Shown here one piece after another: positions 53,384 through 64,000 of a DNA stretch of 64,000 nt. Source of the stretch: an uncultured Candidatus Rokubacteria bacterium (GTDB taxonomy: Bacteria; Methylomirabilota; Methylomirabilia; Rokubacteriales; CSP1-6); assembly GCA_963747235.1 (NCBI GenBank), contig CAVVEU010000024.1, forward strand, positions 94,349 through 158,348, read 5' to 3'. Position 1 is the first letter of the stretch. Each line of letters begins with the position of its first letter. A program made the translations under genes and the position numbers. The notes below the pieces were generated by a model. That model saw only the letters and a program-made list of their open reading frames with translations. It had not been told where the DNA came from and ran no database searches.

Positions 53384-54208
53384 ATGGGAATCCGCACCGT
53401 CAAGCCCACGTCGCCGGCCCGGCGCTACATGACCTTCGTCACCAACGAAGACATCACGAAGAAGACGCCGGAGAAGAGCCTGCTGAGCCCCAAGCGCCGC
53501 ACCAACGGGCGCAACGTCCACGGCCGCATCACGGTGCGGCATCGGGGCGGCGGGGCCAAGCGCATGCTCCGCGACGTGGACTTCCGCCGCGAGAAGTTCG
53601 GTATCCCGGCCAAGGTGGCGGGGATCGAGTACGATCCGGGCCGCTCCGCGCGCATCGCCCTGCTCCACTACCGGGACGGCGAGAAGCGCTACATCATCGC
53701 GCCGCTCGGGCTCAAGCCCGGTGACATCCTGATGTCGGGGCCGCAGGCCGACATCCTGCCCGGCAACGCGCTGCCGATCCGGAACATCCCGCTGGGCACG
53801 CTCGTGCACAACGTGGAGCTGCAGCCGGGCAAGGGCGGCCAGCTCTGCCGCAGCGCGGGCACGCTCGCCCAGGTCCTGGCCAAGGAAGGCGACCACGCCA
53901 ACATCAAGCTGCCCTCCGGCGAGGTCCGGCAGGTGAAGCTCGACTGCATGGCCACCATCGGCCAGGTGGGCAACCTCGATCACGAGAACGTGTCCATCGG
54001 CAAGGCCGGGCGCGTGCGGTGGAAGGGATTCCGCCCGACCGTGCGCGGCACCGTGATGAACCCGGTGGACCATCCGATGGGCGGCGGCGAGGGCAAGGGC
54101 AAGGGCAACCATCCCATGACGCCCTGGGGCAAGCCGACCAAGGGCTACAAGACGCGGCGCGGCGCGCGACCGTCGGATCGCTACATCGTGACCCGGCGGA
54201 CGAAATAG
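53384..54208 (+). CDS. rplB: 50S ribosomal protein L2
   Basis: [35 protein letters not shown]. Confidence 0.98.
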   Translation: MGIRTVKPTSPARRYMTFVTNEDITKKTPEKSLLSPKRRTNGRNVHGRITVRHRGGGAKRMLRDVDFRREKFGIPAKVAGIEYDPGRSARIALLHYRDGEKRYIIAPLGLKPGDILMSGPQADILPGNALPIRNIPLGTLVHNVELQPGKGGQLCRSAGTLAQVLAKEGDHANIKLPSGEVRQVKLDCMATIGQVGNLDHENVSIGKAGRVRWKGFRPTVRGTVMNPVDHPMGGGEGKGKGNHPMTPWGKPTKGYKTRRGARPSDRYIVTRRTK

Positions 54209-54223
54209 GGGGCGGGACAGACC

Positions 54224-54517
54224 ATGGGACGGTCGACGAAGAAGGGCCCGTACATCGAGGAGCGCCTCGAGAAGCGCGTCGAGGAGCTGAACCGCACGCG
54301 CCAGAAGAAGGTGCTCAAGACCTGGTCGCGGCGGTCCACCATCATCCCCGAGTTCGTGGGGCACACGCTCGCGGTGCACAACGGCAAGAAGTTCATCCCG
54401 GTGTACATCACCGAGAACATGGTGGGGCACCGCCTCGGCGAGTTCGCTCTGACGCGTACCTTCAAGGCGCACGGGCAGGCCGAGAAGGCCTCCGCCTCTC
54501 CGACCGGGAAGTCCTGA
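54224..54517 (+). CDS. rpsS: 30S ribosomal protein S19
   Basis: [21 protein letters not shown]. Confidence 0.97.
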   Translation: MGRSTKKGPYIEERLEKRVEELNRTRQKKVLKTWSRRSTIIPEFVGHTLAVHNGKKFIPVYITENMVGHRLGEFALTRTFKAHGQAEKASASPTGKS

Positions 54518-54519
54518 GC

Positions 54520-54894
54520 ATGCGCACCAAGGCGACCGCGCGGTACATCCGGGTGCCCGCCTCCAAGGCCCGCCTCGTCCTGGATCACATCCGGGGCAAG
54601 TCGGTGGGGGAGGCGCTGGCGACGCTCCAGTACACCCCGAAGGCGGCCGGCCGCCTGATCGAGAAGGTGCTGCGCTCCGCCATCGCCAACGCGGAGCACA
54701 ACCACCAGGTGCGGAATCTCGACGACCTCCGGGTCGTCAAGGCGGTGGCCGACGGCGGGCCGTCCATGAAGCGGGTGTCCCCGCGGGCGATGGGGCGCGC
54801 CTACTTCATCAAGCATCGCACGAGCCATCTCACCATCGAGCTGAGCGACGAGACGGTCGCCGGGCGCGCGGCGGCGCGGGGAGACAAGAGGTAG
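54520..54894 (+). CDS. rplV: 50S ribosomal protein L22
   Basis: [38 protein letters not shown]. Confidence 0.95.
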   Translation: MRTKATARYIRVPASKARLVLDHIRGKSVGEALATLQYTPKAAGRLIEKVLRSAIANAEHNHQVRNLDDLRVVKAVADGGPSMKRVSPRAMGRAYFIKHRTSHLTIELSDETVAGRAAARGDKR

Positions 54895-54896
54895 TC

Positions 54897-55547
54897 ATGG
54901 GCCAGAAGACACATCCGATCGGGTTCCGGCTGGGGGCCACGCGCACGTGGAGCTCGCGCTGGTTCGCCACCAAGGGTTACGCGGCGCTGCTGCACGAGGA
55001 CCACAAGATCCGCCGCTACATCAAGTCGGCGCTGTACCACGCGGGGATCTCGCGGATCGACATCGAGCGGTCGGCCAACCGGGCGCGCATCACCATCTTC
55101 ACGGCCCGGCCCGGCATCATCATCGGCCGCAAGGGGGCCGAGGTGGAGAAGCTCAAGAACGAGATCCAGATGCGGACCGCGAAGGAGGTCTACCTCAACA
55201 TCGAAGAGGTGGTGCATCCGGAGCTGGACGCGCAGCTGGTGGCTGAGAACGTGGCCCTGCAGCTCCAGAAGCGGGTGGCCTTCCGGCGCGCGATGAAGAA
55301 GGCGGTCACCTCCGCGCTGCGGCTCGGCGCCGACGGGATCCGGATCGCCTGCTCCGGGCGCCTGGGCGGCTCGGAGATCGCGCGGCGCGAGTGGTACCGC
55401 GACGGCCGGGTACCGCTGCACACCATCCGCGCCGACATCGACTACGGGCTCGCGGAGGCGCACACCACGTTCGGGGCGATCGGGGTAAAGGTCTGGATCT
55501 TCAAGGGTGAGGTGCTCCCCACCCAGAAAGTCGCCGCCGAGGGCTAA
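54897..55547 (+). CDS. rpsC: 30S ribosomal protein S3
   Basis: [37 protein letters not shown]. Confidence 0.98.
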   Translation: MGQKTHPIGFRLGATRTWSSRWFATKGYAALLHEDHKIRRYIKSALYHAGISRIDIERSANRARITIFTARPGIIIGRKGAEVEKLKNEIQMRTAKEVYLNIEEVVHPELDAQLVAENVALQLQKRVAFRRAMKKAVTSALRLGADGIRIACSGRLGGSEIARREWYRDGRVPLHTIRADIDYGLAEAHTTFGAIGVKVWIFKGEVLPTQKVAAEG

Positions 55548-55553
55548 GACGCC

Positions 55554-55970
55554 ATGTTGATGCCCAAGCGCGTCAAGTATCGCAAGGCCCAGCGCGGCCG
55601 CATGAAGGGCAAGGCGCAGCGTGGCTCTACCCTGGCCTTCGGCGAGTTCGGGCTCAAGGCGCTCGAGCCGGGCTGGGTCACCAACCGTCAGATCGAGGCG
55701 GCGCGGGTGTCGCTGGCCCGCAGCGTGAAGCGCGGCGGGAAGATCTTCATCCGCATCTTCCCGGACAAGCCGGTGACCAAGAAGCCCGCGGAGACGCGGA
55801 TGGGCAAGGGCAAGGGCAACCCGGAGTTCTGGGTGGCGGTGGTCAAGCCCGGCCGCATCATGTACGAGATGGAGGGCGTGGACGAGGCGACGGCCAAGGA
55901 GGGCTTCCGCCTGGCCGCCCAGAAGATCGGTATCAAGACCAAGTTCGTGACCCGCGTGCGAGCGCTGTGA
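55554..55970 (+). CDS. rplP: 50S ribosomal protein L16
   Basis: [31 protein letters not shown]. Confidence 0.98.
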   Translation: MLMPKRVKYRKAQRGRMKGKAQRGSTLAFGEFGLKALEPGWVTNRQIEAARVSLARSVKRGGKIFIRIFPDKPVTKKPAETRMGKGKGNPEFWVAVVKPGRIMYEMEGVDEATAKEGFRLAAQKIGIKTKFVTRVRAL

Positions 55971-55985
55971 GGCACTGAGGCGACC

Positions 55986-56192
55986 ATGAAGGCGGCCAAG
56001 TGGCGTGAGATGTCCGACGACGAGCTGCAGCAGAAGGCCCAGGAGCTCGGTGAGGAGCTCTTCAACCTGAGGTTCCAGCTCTCCATGGGCGTGGCCAAGA
56101 ATCCGGCGCGGGTGGCGATCGCCCGGCGGGATCTGGCCCGGGCCCAGACCATTCTCCGGGAGCGGGCGCTGCGCATCCCGCGGCCGGCGTAG
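55986..56192 (+). CDS. rpmC: 50S ribosomal protein L29
   Basis: [17 protein letters not shown]. Confidence 0.94.
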   Translation: MKAAKWREMSDDELQQKAQELGEELFNLRFQLSMGVAKNPARVAIARRDLARAQTILRERALRIPRPA

Positions 56193-56214
56193 CCGGGTTG
56201 GGGAGGAGCGAATC

Positions 56215-56463
56215 GTGGGCGTGAAGAAGACGCGTGAAGGCGTGGTGGTCAGCGACAAGATGACGAAGACGCGGGTGGTGCGCATCGAGCGCGTGTTCCG
56301 TCACCCGCGCTACCAGCGTGTGATCACCCGGTCGAAGCGCCTGAAGGCGCACGACGAGCAGAACGCGAGCAAGGTGGGGGACCGGGTGCTGATCGAGGAG
56401 ACGCGGCCGCTGTCGAGGGAAAAGCGGTGGCGGATCCTGCAGGTGCTGGCGAGCGCGTCATGA
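56215..56463 (+). CDS. rpsQ: 30S ribosomal protein S17
   Basis: [26 protein letters not shown]. Confidence 0.96.
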   Translation: MGVKKTREGVVVSDKMTKTRVVRIERVFRHPRYQRVITRSKRLKAHDEQNASKVGDRVLIEETRPLSREKRWRILQVLASAS

Positions 56464-56828
56464 TCCAGCCTCGCTCGATGCTCGACGTGGCGGACAACTC
56501 GGGAGCCAAGAAGGTCCAGTGCATCCGGGTCATGGGCGGCGCCAACAAGCGCTACGCCTCTCTCGGCGACGTGGTGGTGGTGGCGGTGAAGGAGGCGGTG
56601 CCGGACGGGACCGTGAAGAAGGGCGAGGTGGCGCGCGCGGTGGTGGTGCGTACCGTCAAGGAGGTGGGGCGCCGCGACGGCTCCTACATCCGCTTCGACC
56701 GGAACGCGGTGGTGCTGCTCAAGGCGGACGACAACCCGGTGGGCACGCGCATCTTCGGGCCGGTGGCGCGGGAGCTGCGGGACAAGCAGTTCACCAAGAT
56801 CATCTCCCTCGCTCCCGAGGTCATCTAG
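56460..56828 (+). CDS. rplN: 50S ribosomal protein L14
   Basis: [38 protein letters not shown]. Confidence 0.97.
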   Translation: MIQPRSMLDVADNSGAKKVQCIRVMGGANKRYASLGDVVVVAVKEAVPDGTVKKGEVARAVVVRTVKEVGRRDGSYIRFDRNAVVLLKADDNPVGTRIFGPVARELRDKQFTKIISLAPEVI

Positions 56829-56838
56829 AGGACGCTCA

Positions 56839-57165
56839 ATGGCGATCGCGCACGTGCGGAAGGGCGATACGGTGATCGTGGTGGCGGGCAAGGAGCGCGG
56901 CAAGAAGGGCAAGGTGCTGCGCGTGATTCCCGAGAAGGGCCGGGTGGTGGTGGAGCGCATCAACATGATCAAGAAGCACCAGCGGCCCACCCAGAAGATC
57001 CGGCAGGGCGGGATCATCGAGCGCGAGGGAGCGATCCACCTCTCCAACGTGATGCTGGTGGATCCCGGCAGCGACAAGCCGACGCGCGTCGGGATGAAGG
57101 CGCTGTCCGACGGCAAGAAGGTCCGGGTGGCCAGACGGTCGGGCGAGATGCTCGACAAGGCGTGA
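56839..57165 (+). CDS. rplX: 50S ribosomal protein L24
   Basis: [29 protein letters not shown]. Confidence 0.96.
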   Translation: MAIAHVRKGDTVIVVAGKERGKKGKVLRVIPEKGRVVVERINMIKKHQRPTQKIRQGGIIEREGAIHLSNVMLVDPGSDKPTRVGMKALSDGKKVRVARRSGEMLDKA

Positions 57166-57169
57166 GGGC

Positions 57170-57883
57170 GTGATGGCAGAGCCGAAGAAGGCGGACAAGG
57201 CACCGGGAGGGAAGGGCGGCGGAGCCGCGGCGGGGCGCGGAGGACAGGCCCCCGCGCGGCCCAAGGGCGGCAAGGGCGCGCCCGCGACGGGCGCTCCGGG
57301 ACAGCCGGCCAAGCGGGCCAGCGTCAGCGGAACGGTGCCGCCCCGGATGCGCGAGCGCTTCCGGACCGCGGTGGTCCCGGCCATGATGAAGGAGCGCGGC
57401 TACGGCAATCCGTTCCAGGTGCCGCGGCTCGCGAAGGTCGTGATCAACATGGGGGTGGGCGAGGGCAAGGAGAACGCGAAGGTGCTGGACTTCGCCACCG
57501 CGGACCTGCAGGCGATCTCGGGCCAGAAGCCGATCATCACCCGGGCCAAGAAGTCGATCGCCAACTTCAAGCTGCGCGAGAACGTGCCGATCGGCTGCAA
57601 GGTCACCCTGCGCGGGCCGCGCATGTACGAGTTCCTGGACCGGCTCGTCAACGTGGCGCTGCCGCGGGTGCGGGACTTCAAGGGCGTGCCCCCCAAGGGC
57701 TTCGACGGCCGCGGCAACTACAACATGGGACTCAAGGAGCAGATCATCTTCCCCGAGATCGTGTACGACAAGGTGGACAAGGTCCGCGGCATGGACATCA
57801 CGATGGTTACGACCGCGCGCACCGACGAGGAGGCGAAGGCCCTCTTGACGCACCTGGGTGTGCCGTTCCGGACGGAGGCCTGA
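57170..57883 (+). CDS. rplE: 50S ribosomal protein L5 with ~55-aa low-complexity N-terminal extension
   Basis: [38 protein letters not shown]. Confidence 0.95.
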   Translation: MMAEPKKADKAPGGKGGGAAAGRGGQAPARPKGGKGAPATGAPGQPAKRASVSGTVPPRMRERFRTAVVPAMMKERGYGNPFQVPRLAKVVINMGVGEGKENAKVLDFATADLQAISGQKPIITRAKKSIANFKLRENVPIGCKVTLRGPRMYEFLDRLVNVALPRVRDFKGVPPKGFDGRGNYNMGLKEQIIFPEIVYDKVDKVRGMDITMVTTARTDEEAKALLTHLGVPFRTEA

Positions 57884-57885
57884 TC

Positions 57886-58071
57886 ATGGCCAAGACCTCG
57901 CTCATCATCAAGCAGCAGCGCCCGCCCAAGTTCAAGTCGCGCGCCTACACGCGCTGCAAGATCTGCGGCCGGCCCCGCGGCTTCCTGCGGAAGTTCCAGA
58001 CGTGCCGGATCTGCTTTCGCGAGCTCGCGCTCAAGGGCGAGGTGCCCGGCGTGATCAAGGCGAGCTGGTAG
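57886..58071 (+). CDS. rpsN: 30S ribosomal protein S14 (short Zn-binding type Z)
   Basis: [21 protein letters not shown]. Confidence 0.96.
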   Translation: MAKTSLIIKQQRPPKFKSRAYTRCKICGRPRGFLRKFQTCRICFRELALKGEVPGVIKASW

Positions 58072-58075
58072 CGCC

Positions 58076-58468
58076 ATGTACAGCGATCCGATCGCCGACT
58101 TCCTCACGCGCATCCGCAACGCGAGCCGCGCCGAGCACGAGAAGGTGGACATCCCGTCGTCGAAGCTCAAGCTGCGCATGGCCGAGATCCTCAAGGACGA
58201 GGGGTTCATCAAGAACTTCCGGATCATCGAGGACAACAAGCAGGGCACGCTGCGCGTCTACCTCAAGTACGTGGGCAGCGAGAAGATCATCTCCGGGATC
58301 GTGCGGGTGTCGCGTCCCGGACGGCGTATCTACGTGACCAAGGACAAGATCCCCACCATTCTGGGCGGCATGGGGGTGGCGATTCTCTCCACCTCCGCCG
58401 GAGTGATGACGGACCGCCAGGTGCGCAAGCAGCACCTGGGCGGCGAAGTGCTGGCCTACGTCTGGTAG
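58076..58468 (+). CDS. rpsH: 30S ribosomal protein S8
   Basis: [38 protein letters not shown]. Confidence 0.97.
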   Translation: MYSDPIADFLTRIRNASRAEHEKVDIPSSKLKLRMAEILKDEGFIKNFRIIEDNKQGTLRVYLKYVGSEKIISGIVRVSRPGRRIYVTKDKIPTILGGMGVAILSTSAGVMTDRQVRKQHLGGEVLAYVW

Positions 58469-58482
58469 GAGTGACCCGAGCC

Positions 58483-59025
58483 ATGTCGCGAATCGGTAAG
58501 AAGCCCATTCCGGTCCCCCCGGGAGTCAAGGTCGCGCTGGAAGGCGCCACCGTGAAGGCGGAGGGGCCCAAGGGCAAGCTGAGCCAGTCGATCCCGTCCG
58601 GGGTCTCGGTGTCGATGGACTCCAACGTCCTCACCGTCGCCCGGGACTCCGACCATCGCAACGTCCGCGCGCTGCACGGGCTGACGCGGTCGCTGATCGC
58701 CAACATGGTCACCGGGGTCAAGGACGGCTTCGAGCGGAAGCTCGAGATCGTCGGGATCGGCTACCGCTGCCAGCTCCAGGGCAAGGCCCTGCAGCTCGCC
58801 CTCGGCTACTCGCATCCCGTCATCTTCCCGCTCCCCGAGGGCATCCAGGCCGAGGTGGAGCGGCAGGTCTCGATCACCCTGCGGGGCGCCGACAAGGCCC
58901 TGCTCGGCCAGACCGCGGCCAAGCTGCGGGCCCTGCGGAAGCCGGACCCCTACAAGGGCAAGGGCATCAAGTACGCGGACGAGCACATCCGGAGAAAAGT
59001 GGGCAAGAAGGCGGGGGCCAAGTAA
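58483..59025 (+). CDS. rplF: 50S ribosomal protein L6
   Basis: [25 protein letters not shown]. Confidence 0.97.
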   Translation: MSRIGKKPIPVPPGVKVALEGATVKAEGPKGKLSQSIPSGVSVSMDSNVLTVARDSDHRNVRALHGLTRSLIANMVTGVKDGFERKLEIVGIGYRCQLQGKALQLALGYSHPVIFPLPEGIQAEVERQVSITLRGADKALLGQTAAKLRALRKPDPYKGKGIKYADEHIRRKVGKKAGAK

Positions 59026-59390
59026 TGCTGACCGGACAGAAGGTCCAGGGGCGGAAGGTGCGGCACCTCCGCATCCGCGCGCGGGTGATCGGCACCGCGG
59101 AGCGGCCGCGGCTGGCCGTGTTCCGGAGCCTGAATCACATCTACGCCCAGGTCGTGGACGATACCACCGGGCGGACGCTGGCCGCGGTGGACAGCCGGGC
59201 CCCCGACTTCCGCCAGAAGGCGAAGGCGGGCGGCAACGTGGCCGCGGCCAAGATCGTGGGAGAGCTGCTGGCCCAGCGCGCGAAGGCGCACGGCATCACG
59301 CAGGTCGTGTTCGATCGCGGCGGCTATCAGTACCACGGGCGTGTGAAGGCCCTGGCCGAGGCGGCGCGCGCCGCCGGCCTTGCGTTCTAG
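59025..59390 (+). CDS. rplR: 50S ribosomal protein L18
   Basis: [28 protein letters not shown]. Confidence 0.97.
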   Translation: MLTGQKVQGRKVRHLRIRARVIGTAERPRLAVFRSLNHIYAQVVDDTTGRTLAAVDSRAPDFRQKAKAGGNVAAAKIVGELLAQRAKAHGITQVVFDRGGYQYHGRVKALAEAARAAGLAF

Positions 59391-59404
59391 GAGAGGAGCA
59401 CCGA

Positions 59405-59935
59405 GTGGCGGAAGCGCGGATTGATCCGAATTCACTGGACCTGACCGACCGGGTGGTTGCCATCAACCGAGTGGCCAAGGTGGTCAAGGGCGGCCGGCGG
59501 TTCTCGTTCACGGCCCTGGTGGTGGTGGGCGACGGGCAGGGACACGTGGGGGTCGGGCTGGGCAAGGCCCGCGAGGTTCCCGAGGCGATCCGCAAGTCGG
59601 TCGAGCACGCCAAGAAGGACCTGCTGCTGGTGCCCCTCAAGGACACGACGATTCCCTGCGAGATCACCGGCCACTTCGGCGCCGCGCGCGTGTATCTCAA
59701 GCCGGCCGCGCAGGGAACCGGGGTCATCGCGGGCGGGGCGGTGCGCCCGGTGCTGGAAGCGGCGGGGGTGCAGGACATCCTCACCAAGACGCTCGGCACC
59801 AACAACCCGCACAACGTGCTGAAGGCCACGATGGACGCGTTCCGGCGGCTGAAGCGGCTGCAGTCCACGTACGCGGCGCGGCGGCGGTCCATGGAAGGCG
59901 ACGCGCAGGAGGCGACCGGTGGCAAAGAAGCTTAA
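59405..59935 (+). CDS. rpsE: 30S ribosomal protein S5
   Basis: [23 protein letters not shown]. Confidence 0.97.
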   Translation: MAEARIDPNSLDLTDRVVAINRVAKVVKGGRRFSFTALVVVGDGQGHVGVGLGKAREVPEAIRKSVEHAKKDLLLVPLKDTTIPCEITGHFGAARVYLKPAAQGTGVIAGGAVRPVLEAAGVQDILTKTLGTNNPHNVLKATMDAFRRLKRLQSTYAARRRSMEGDAQEATGGKEA

Positions 59936-60101
59936 GGTGACGCTGGTGAGGAGCATCATCGGGCTCTCCCCGAAGCAGGAGGGCACCGTGCACGCGCTCG
60001 GCCTGCGCCACATCCGCCAGGTCGTGGAGCACGACGACACGCCCACCATCCGCGGCATGATCAGCCACGTGGTGTTCGCCATTGAGGTAGAAGAGTCATG
60101 A
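59919..60101 (+). CDS. rpmD: 50S ribosomal protein L30
   Basis: [20 protein letters not shown]. Confidence 0.95.
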   Translation: MAKKLKVTLVRSIIGLSPKQEGTVHALGLRHIRQVVEHDDTPTIRGMISHVVFAIEVEES

Positions 60102-60574
60102 GACTCGAGGATCTGAGGCCGGCGCCGGGATCCACCAAGAAGCGCAAGCGGATCGGCCGCGGCCCGGGCTCCGGTCACGGCAAGACGTCGGGCAAGGGGC
60201 ACAAGGGACTCAACGCGCGGTCCGGCGGCGGCGCGCGGCCGGGCTTCGAGGGTGGCCAGATGCCGCTCTACCGGCGGCTGCCCAAGCGCGGCTTCCTGCC
60301 CTACGGCGGCAAGACCGAGTTCGCCATCGTCAACGTCGGCGAGCTGTCCACCCGGTTCGCGGCGGGGAGCGTGGTGGATCCGGAGACGCTGGTGATGAAC
60401 GGGCTGATCCGCAAGTCGGGCCGCGGCGCGGTCAAGATCCTGGGCGACGGCGACGTCGCGCACGCCCTCACGGTGCGCGTCCACAAGGTCAGCGGGGCGG
60501 CCAAGCAGAAGCTCGAGGCGGCGGGTGGCCGCGTCGAGGCGCTGCCCGGCAAGGGCACGGGGACCCGCAAGTGA
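60098..60574 (+). CDS. rplO: 50S ribosomal protein L15
   Basis: [32 protein letters not shown]. Confidence 0.97.
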   Translation: MRLEDLRPAPGSTKKRKRIGRGPGSGHGKTSGKGHKGLNARSGGGARPGFEGGQMPLYRRLPKRGFLPYGGKTEFAIVNVGELSTRFAAGSVVDPETLVMNGLIRKSGRGAVKILGDGDVAHALTVRVHKVSGAAKQKLEAAGGRVEALPGKGTGTRK

Positions 60575-61878
60575 TCGAAGGGCTGCAGAGCTTCCAGAAC
60601 ATCTTCAAGGTTCCGGAGCTCAAGCGCCGCGTCATCATGACGCTGGTGCTGCTCGCGGCCTACCGGCTGGGCGCCCACGTGCCCACCCCGGGCATCGACG
60701 CGGCGGCCCTCGCCGAGTTCTTCAACCAGGTGCAGGGCACCCTGCTCGGCATGGTGGACCTCTTCTCGGGGGGCAACCTCCGGCGCCTCACCGTGTTCGC
60801 GCTCGGGATCATGCCGTACATCTCGGCGTCGATCATCCTCCAGCTCCTCACGGTGGTCATTCCCGCGCTGGAGCGGCTCGCCAAGGAAGGCGAGGCGGGC
60901 AAGAAGAAGATCACCCAGTACACCCGCTACGGCACCATCGGCCTCTCGCTCGTGCAGTCGTTCGGCATCGCGGTGGGCCTCGAGAGCATGCGGAGCCAGA
61001 CCGGCGCCATCCTGGTCCCGGATCCGGGCTGGGGCTTCCGGCTCATGACCATGCTGACCCTGACCACCGGGACCGCGCTGATCATGTGGCTCGGCGAGCA
61101 GATCTCCGAGAAGGGGATCGGCAACGGGATCTCCCTGATCATCTTCGCGGGCATCGTGGTGCGCCTGCCCTCCGCGATCGTGTCGTCCTACACCCTCATC
61201 TCCACCGGCGAGCTCAAGCTCTTCGTGTTCCTGGGCCTGATCATCATGATGGTGGCGGTGACCGCGGCGGTGGTGGTGATGCAGGAGGGCCAGCGCAAGA
61301 TCCCGGTGCAATATGCCAAGCGCGTGGTGGGCCGGCGGATGTACGGCGGCCAGTCCACCCACATCCCGCTGCGCATCAATACCGCGGGCGTCATCCCGGT
61401 CATCTTCGCCTCGTCGCTGATCCTGTTCCCGGCGACCCTGACGCGCTTCATCCACCACCCGTGGATGCAGTACATCTCGGAGGCGCTGTCGCCCGGGCAC
61501 TTCACCTACACCGTGCTCTACTGCGCCCTGATCATCTTCTTCGCGTACTTCTACACCGCGATCGTCTTCAACCCGGTGGATCTCGCCGACAACATGAAGA
61601 AGTACGGCGGGTTCATCCCGGGGGTGCGGCCCGGCAAGAAGACGGCGGAGTACATCGACAAGACGTTGACCCGGATCACGCTGCCCGGGGCGATGTTCCT
61701 GGCCCTGATCTCGGTGTTGCCCGACTTCCTGATCCAGTGGTTCAACACCCCGTTCTACTTCGGCGGGACCAGCCTGCTGATCGTGGTCGGCGTCGCGCTC
61801 GATACCGTGCGCCAGATGGAATCCCATCTGCTGATGCGCAACTACGAAGGCTTCCTTCGCAAGAAGGCGAAGGCATGA
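60571..61878 (+). CDS. secY: Preprotein translocase SecY
   Basis: [55 protein letters not shown]. Confidence 0.98.
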   Translation: MIEGLQSFQNIFKVPELKRRVIMTLVLLAAYRLGAHVPTPGIDAAALAEFFNQVQGTLLGMVDLFSGGNLRRLTVFALGIMPYISASIILQLLTVVIPALERLAKEGEAGKKKITQYTRYGTIGLSLVQSFGIAVGLESMRSQTGAILVPDPGWGFRLMTMLTLTTGTALIMWLGEQISEKGIGNGISLIIFAGIVVRLPSAIVSSYTLISTGELKLFVFLGLIIMMVAVTAAVVVMQEGQRKIPVQYAKRVVGRRMYGGQSTHIPLRINTAGVIPVIFASSLILFPATLTRFIHHPWMQYISEALSPGHFTYTVLYCALIIFFAYFYTAIVFNPVDLADNMKKYGGFIPGVRPGKKTAEYIDKTLTRITLPGAMFLALISVLPDFLIQWFNTPFYFGGTSLLIVVGVALDTVRQMESHLLMRNYEGFLRKKAKA

Positions 61879-62534
61879 GCCGCGTGATCTTCCTCGGCGC
61901 CCCGGGCGCGGGCAAGGGCACCCAGGCCCGGCGGCTCGCTGCGGGCTCGGGCGTTCCCCAGGTCGCCACCGGCGACATGCTCCGCGAGGCGGTGACCGCG
62001 GGCACGCCGCTCGGGCGCGAGGCCAAACGCTTCATGGACCAGGGCGCGCTCGTGCCGGACGAGGTCGTGATCGGCCTGGTGGACGAGCGCCTGTCGCGGC
62101 CCGACGCGGGCCCGGGCTACGTGCTGGACGGCTTCCCGCGCACCGTGGCCCAGGCCGAGGCTCTCGACGCGCTGCTGCGCCGGCTCGGCCAGGATCTCGA
62201 CCGCGTGGTCTTCTTCGACGTCTCGCGGGACGAGCTGCTGCGCCGCCTGACCGGGCGCCGGGTCTGCCGGCGGTGCGGCACCGCCTTCCACCTGGTCTCG
62301 GCCCCGCCCAAGGTGGCCGGCCAGTGCGACCAGTGCGGCGGCGAGCTCTACCAGCGGGGTGACGACGCGGAGGCCACGGTGGGGCGCCGGCTCGACGTGT
62401 ACCAGACCCAGACCGCGCCCCTGCTCGACTATTACCGCACGCGCGGCCTGCTGGTGCGCGTGGCCGGCGAGGGCCCGGTGGACCGGGTGGCCGAGGCGAT
62501 CCAGAAGGCGGTCAAGGAGCCGGTGGCTTCGTGA
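61875..62534 (+). CDS. adk: Adenylate kinase (Zn-LID type)
   Basis: GAPGAGKGTQ, TGDMLR, LDGFPRT, CRRC..CDQC. Confidence 0.97.
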   Translation: MSRVIFLGAPGAGKGTQARRLAAGSGVPQVATGDMLREAVTAGTPLGREAKRFMDQGALVPDEVVIGLVDERLSRPDAGPGYVLDGFPRTVAQAEALDALLRRLGQDLDRVVFFDVSRDELLRRLTGRRVCRRCGTAFHLVSAPPKVAGQCDQCGGELYQRGDDAEATVGRRLDVYQTQTAPLLDYYRTRGLLVRVAGEGPVDRVAEAIQKAVKEPVAS

Positions 62535-63292
62535 TCCTCCTCAAGTCGGCGCGCGAGCTCGGCCACATGCGGGCGGCCGGGCGGATCCTCGCCGAGGTCA
62601 AGGACCGCCTGCGCGCGATGGTCAAGCCCGGGATCTCCACCAAGGAGATCGACGCGGACGTGGAGGCCTTCATCGTCTCCCGCGGCGCCGCCTCGGCCTT
62701 CAAGGGGTACCGGGGATTCCCGGCCACCGTCTGCGTCTCGATCAACGAGGAAGTGGTGCACGGGATCCCCTCGCCCAAGCGAAAGCTGCGCGAGGGGGAC
62801 ATCGTGGGGCTGGACCTCGGGTGTATCGTCGAGGGGTACTACGCGGACTGCGCGATCACGCTGCCGGTGGGTCCGGTGCCCCCGCGGGTGCAGGAGCTCC
62901 TGGACGTCACCCGGGAGAGCCTGGACAAGGCGATCGTGCAGTGCCGCGCCGGCAACCGTTTGGGCGATGTCTCCCACGCGGTGCAGACCCATTGCGAGAG
63001 CCACGGCTTCGGGGTCGTGCGCGCCTTCGTCGGCCACGGGATCGGGCGGAATCTCCACGAGGAGCCGCAGATCCCGAACTTCGGGGACGCGGGACGGGGC
63101 CCGGTGATCAAGACGGGCATGGTGCTGGCCATCGAGCCCATGATCACGATGGGCTCCTGGGAGGTGCGCGTGCTGGAGGATCGCTGGACGGCGGTGACCG
63201 CCGACGGGAGCTGGGCCGCGCACTTCGAGGACACCATCGCCATCACGGACGCGGGCCCTGAGGTGCTGACGCGACTCGATCGCGCGGCCTAG
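62531..63292 (+). CDS. map: Methionine aminopeptidase type I
   Basis: SINEEVVHGIP, GHGIGR..HEEP, AIEPM, AHFEDT. Confidence 0.96.
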   Translation: MILLKSARELGHMRAAGRILAEVKDRLRAMVKPGISTKEIDADVEAFIVSRGAASAFKGYRGFPATVCVSINEEVVHGIPSPKRKLREGDIVGLDLGCIVEGYYADCAITLPVGPVPPRVQELLDVTRESLDKAIVQCRAGNRLGDVSHAVQTHCESHGFGVVRAFVGHGIGRNLHEEPQIPNFGDAGRGPVIKTGMVLAIEPMITMGSWEVRVLEDRWTAVTADGSWAAHFEDTIAITDAGPEVLTRLDRAA

Positions 63293-63307
63293 GGGGAACG
63301 CGAGTCC

Positions 63308-63526
63308 ATGACCAAGGAAGATGCGATCGAGGTGGAGGGCACGGTGGTGGAGCCGTTGCCCAACGCGATGTTCCGGGTGGAGCTGGAGAACGGTCATCGG
63401 GTGCTGGCCCACGTGTCGGGCAAGATGCGCATGAACTTCATCCGCATCCTGCCGGGTGACAAGGTGAAGGTGGAGCTGTCACCGTACGACCTCACCCGGG
63501 GCCGCATTACGTACCGGTTTAAGTAG
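63308..63526 (+). CDS. infA: Translation initiation factor IF-1
   Basis: [34 protein letters not shown]. Confidence 0.98.
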   Translation: MTKEDAIEVEGTVVEPLPNAMFRVELENGHRVLAHVSGKMRMNFIRILPGDKVKVELSPYDLTRGRITYRFK

Positions 63527-63535
63527 CCGCGTTCG

Positions 63536-63575
63536 AGCTCGGCGAGGCGCAGCCGAAGGCGAGCCGAGCGGATAT
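63536..63575 (+). repeat. Dispersed palindromic element, copy 5 (infA-rpmJ spacer; best consensus copy)
   Basis: AGCTCGGC-GAGGCGCAGCCGAAGGCGA-GCCGAGC-GGATAT; perfect 7-bp outer inverted repeat GCTCGGC/GCCGAGC. Confidence 0.85.
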
Positions 63576-63591
63576 ATAAAGGGGTAGGGGA

Positions 63592-63705
63592 ATGAAAGTC
63601 AGACCGTCGATCAAAGTTCGGTGCGAGCACTGCAAGGTCGTCCGCCGCGAGGGCCGCGTGCGGATCATCTGCACGAACCCGCGTCACAAGCAGCGCCAGG
63701 GATAG
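63592..63705 (+). CDS. rpmJ: 50S ribosomal protein L36
   Basis: [37 protein letters not shown]. Confidence 0.96.
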   Translation: MKVRPSIKVRCEHCKVVRREGRVRIICTNPRHKQRQG

Positions 63706-63713
63706 GAGCGCAC

Positions 63714-64000
63714 ATGGCACGTATCGCCGGAGTCGACCTGCCGCGGGACAAGCGGGGCCAGATCGCGGTCCAGTACATCTACGGGATCGGCATCCCGTCC
63801 GCCAAGAAGATCTTCGCCGACGCGCGCGTGGATCCCGACAAGCGCGTCAAGAGCTGGTCGGACGACGAGACGGGCCGGGTGCGCGACATCATCGAGCGCG
63901 AGTACAAGGTGGAGGGTGACCTCCGCCGGGAAGTCTCCATGAGCGTGAAGCGCCTGATGGACATCGGGAGCTATCGCGGCATCCGGCATCGCAAGGGCCT
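63714..64000 (+). CDS. rpsM: 30S ribosomal protein S13, 3'-truncated by window edge
   Basis: [39 protein letters not shown]. Confidence 0.96.
   Translation, partial: MARIAGVDLPRDKRGQIAVQYIYGIGIPSAKKIFADARVDPDKRVKSWSDDETGRVRDIIEREYKVEGDLRREVSMSVKRLMDIGSYRGIRHRKG

Overview
A very GC-rich, entirely core-genome bacterial window. Every gene I can support lies on the + strand. In order it contains: (1) a glycerol-3-phosphate/glycerophosphodiester uptake cluster (ugpA-ugpE-GDPD-glpK-ugpB plus a second permease pair); (2) a split F0-only ATP synthase operon atpZ-atpI-atpB-atpE followed by rex; (3) mfd, a SurA-like PPIase, rho, rpmE, prfA, prmC, murA; (4) hisG(short)-D-B-H-A-F-IE, an uncharacterised lipoprotein and an MlaE/F/D (MCE) ABC module; (5) radA, a PIN/TRAM protein, ispD, ispF, cysS, rlmB; (6) a continuous translation/transcription supercluster: tRNA-Thr/Tyr/Gly/Thr, tuf, rpmG, tRNA-Trp, secE, nusG, rplKAJL, rpoBC, rpsLG, fusA, a second tuf, S10-spc genes, secY, adk, map, infA, rpmJ and partial rpsM. 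Nine genes in the first 31 kb carry single-base frameshifts, most likely long-read consensus errors. I found no transposase, integrase, prophage or CRISPR array. The most unusual signal is a ~35-40 bp dispersed palindromic element (consensus AGCTYGGC-GAGGCGCAGCCGAAGGCGA-GCCGAGC-GRATA) present five times in the same orientation. Two copies are intergenic (rplK-rplA, infA-rpmJ) and three lie inside protein-coding sequence (a surface loop of GlpK, a loop of HisF, the C-terminus of HisH), which recalls Rickettsia palindromic elements. Other oddities: an extreme G-ending codon bias confined to the two near-identical tuf copies, a candidate Rex operator over a near-leaderless atp promoter, and a possible AUC-initiated N-terminal extension of Rho. 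The gene order and RNA polymerase insertions fit a diderm lineage such as Methylomirabilota/Rokubacteria or a Deltaproteobacteria-like group; this is an unverified inference.
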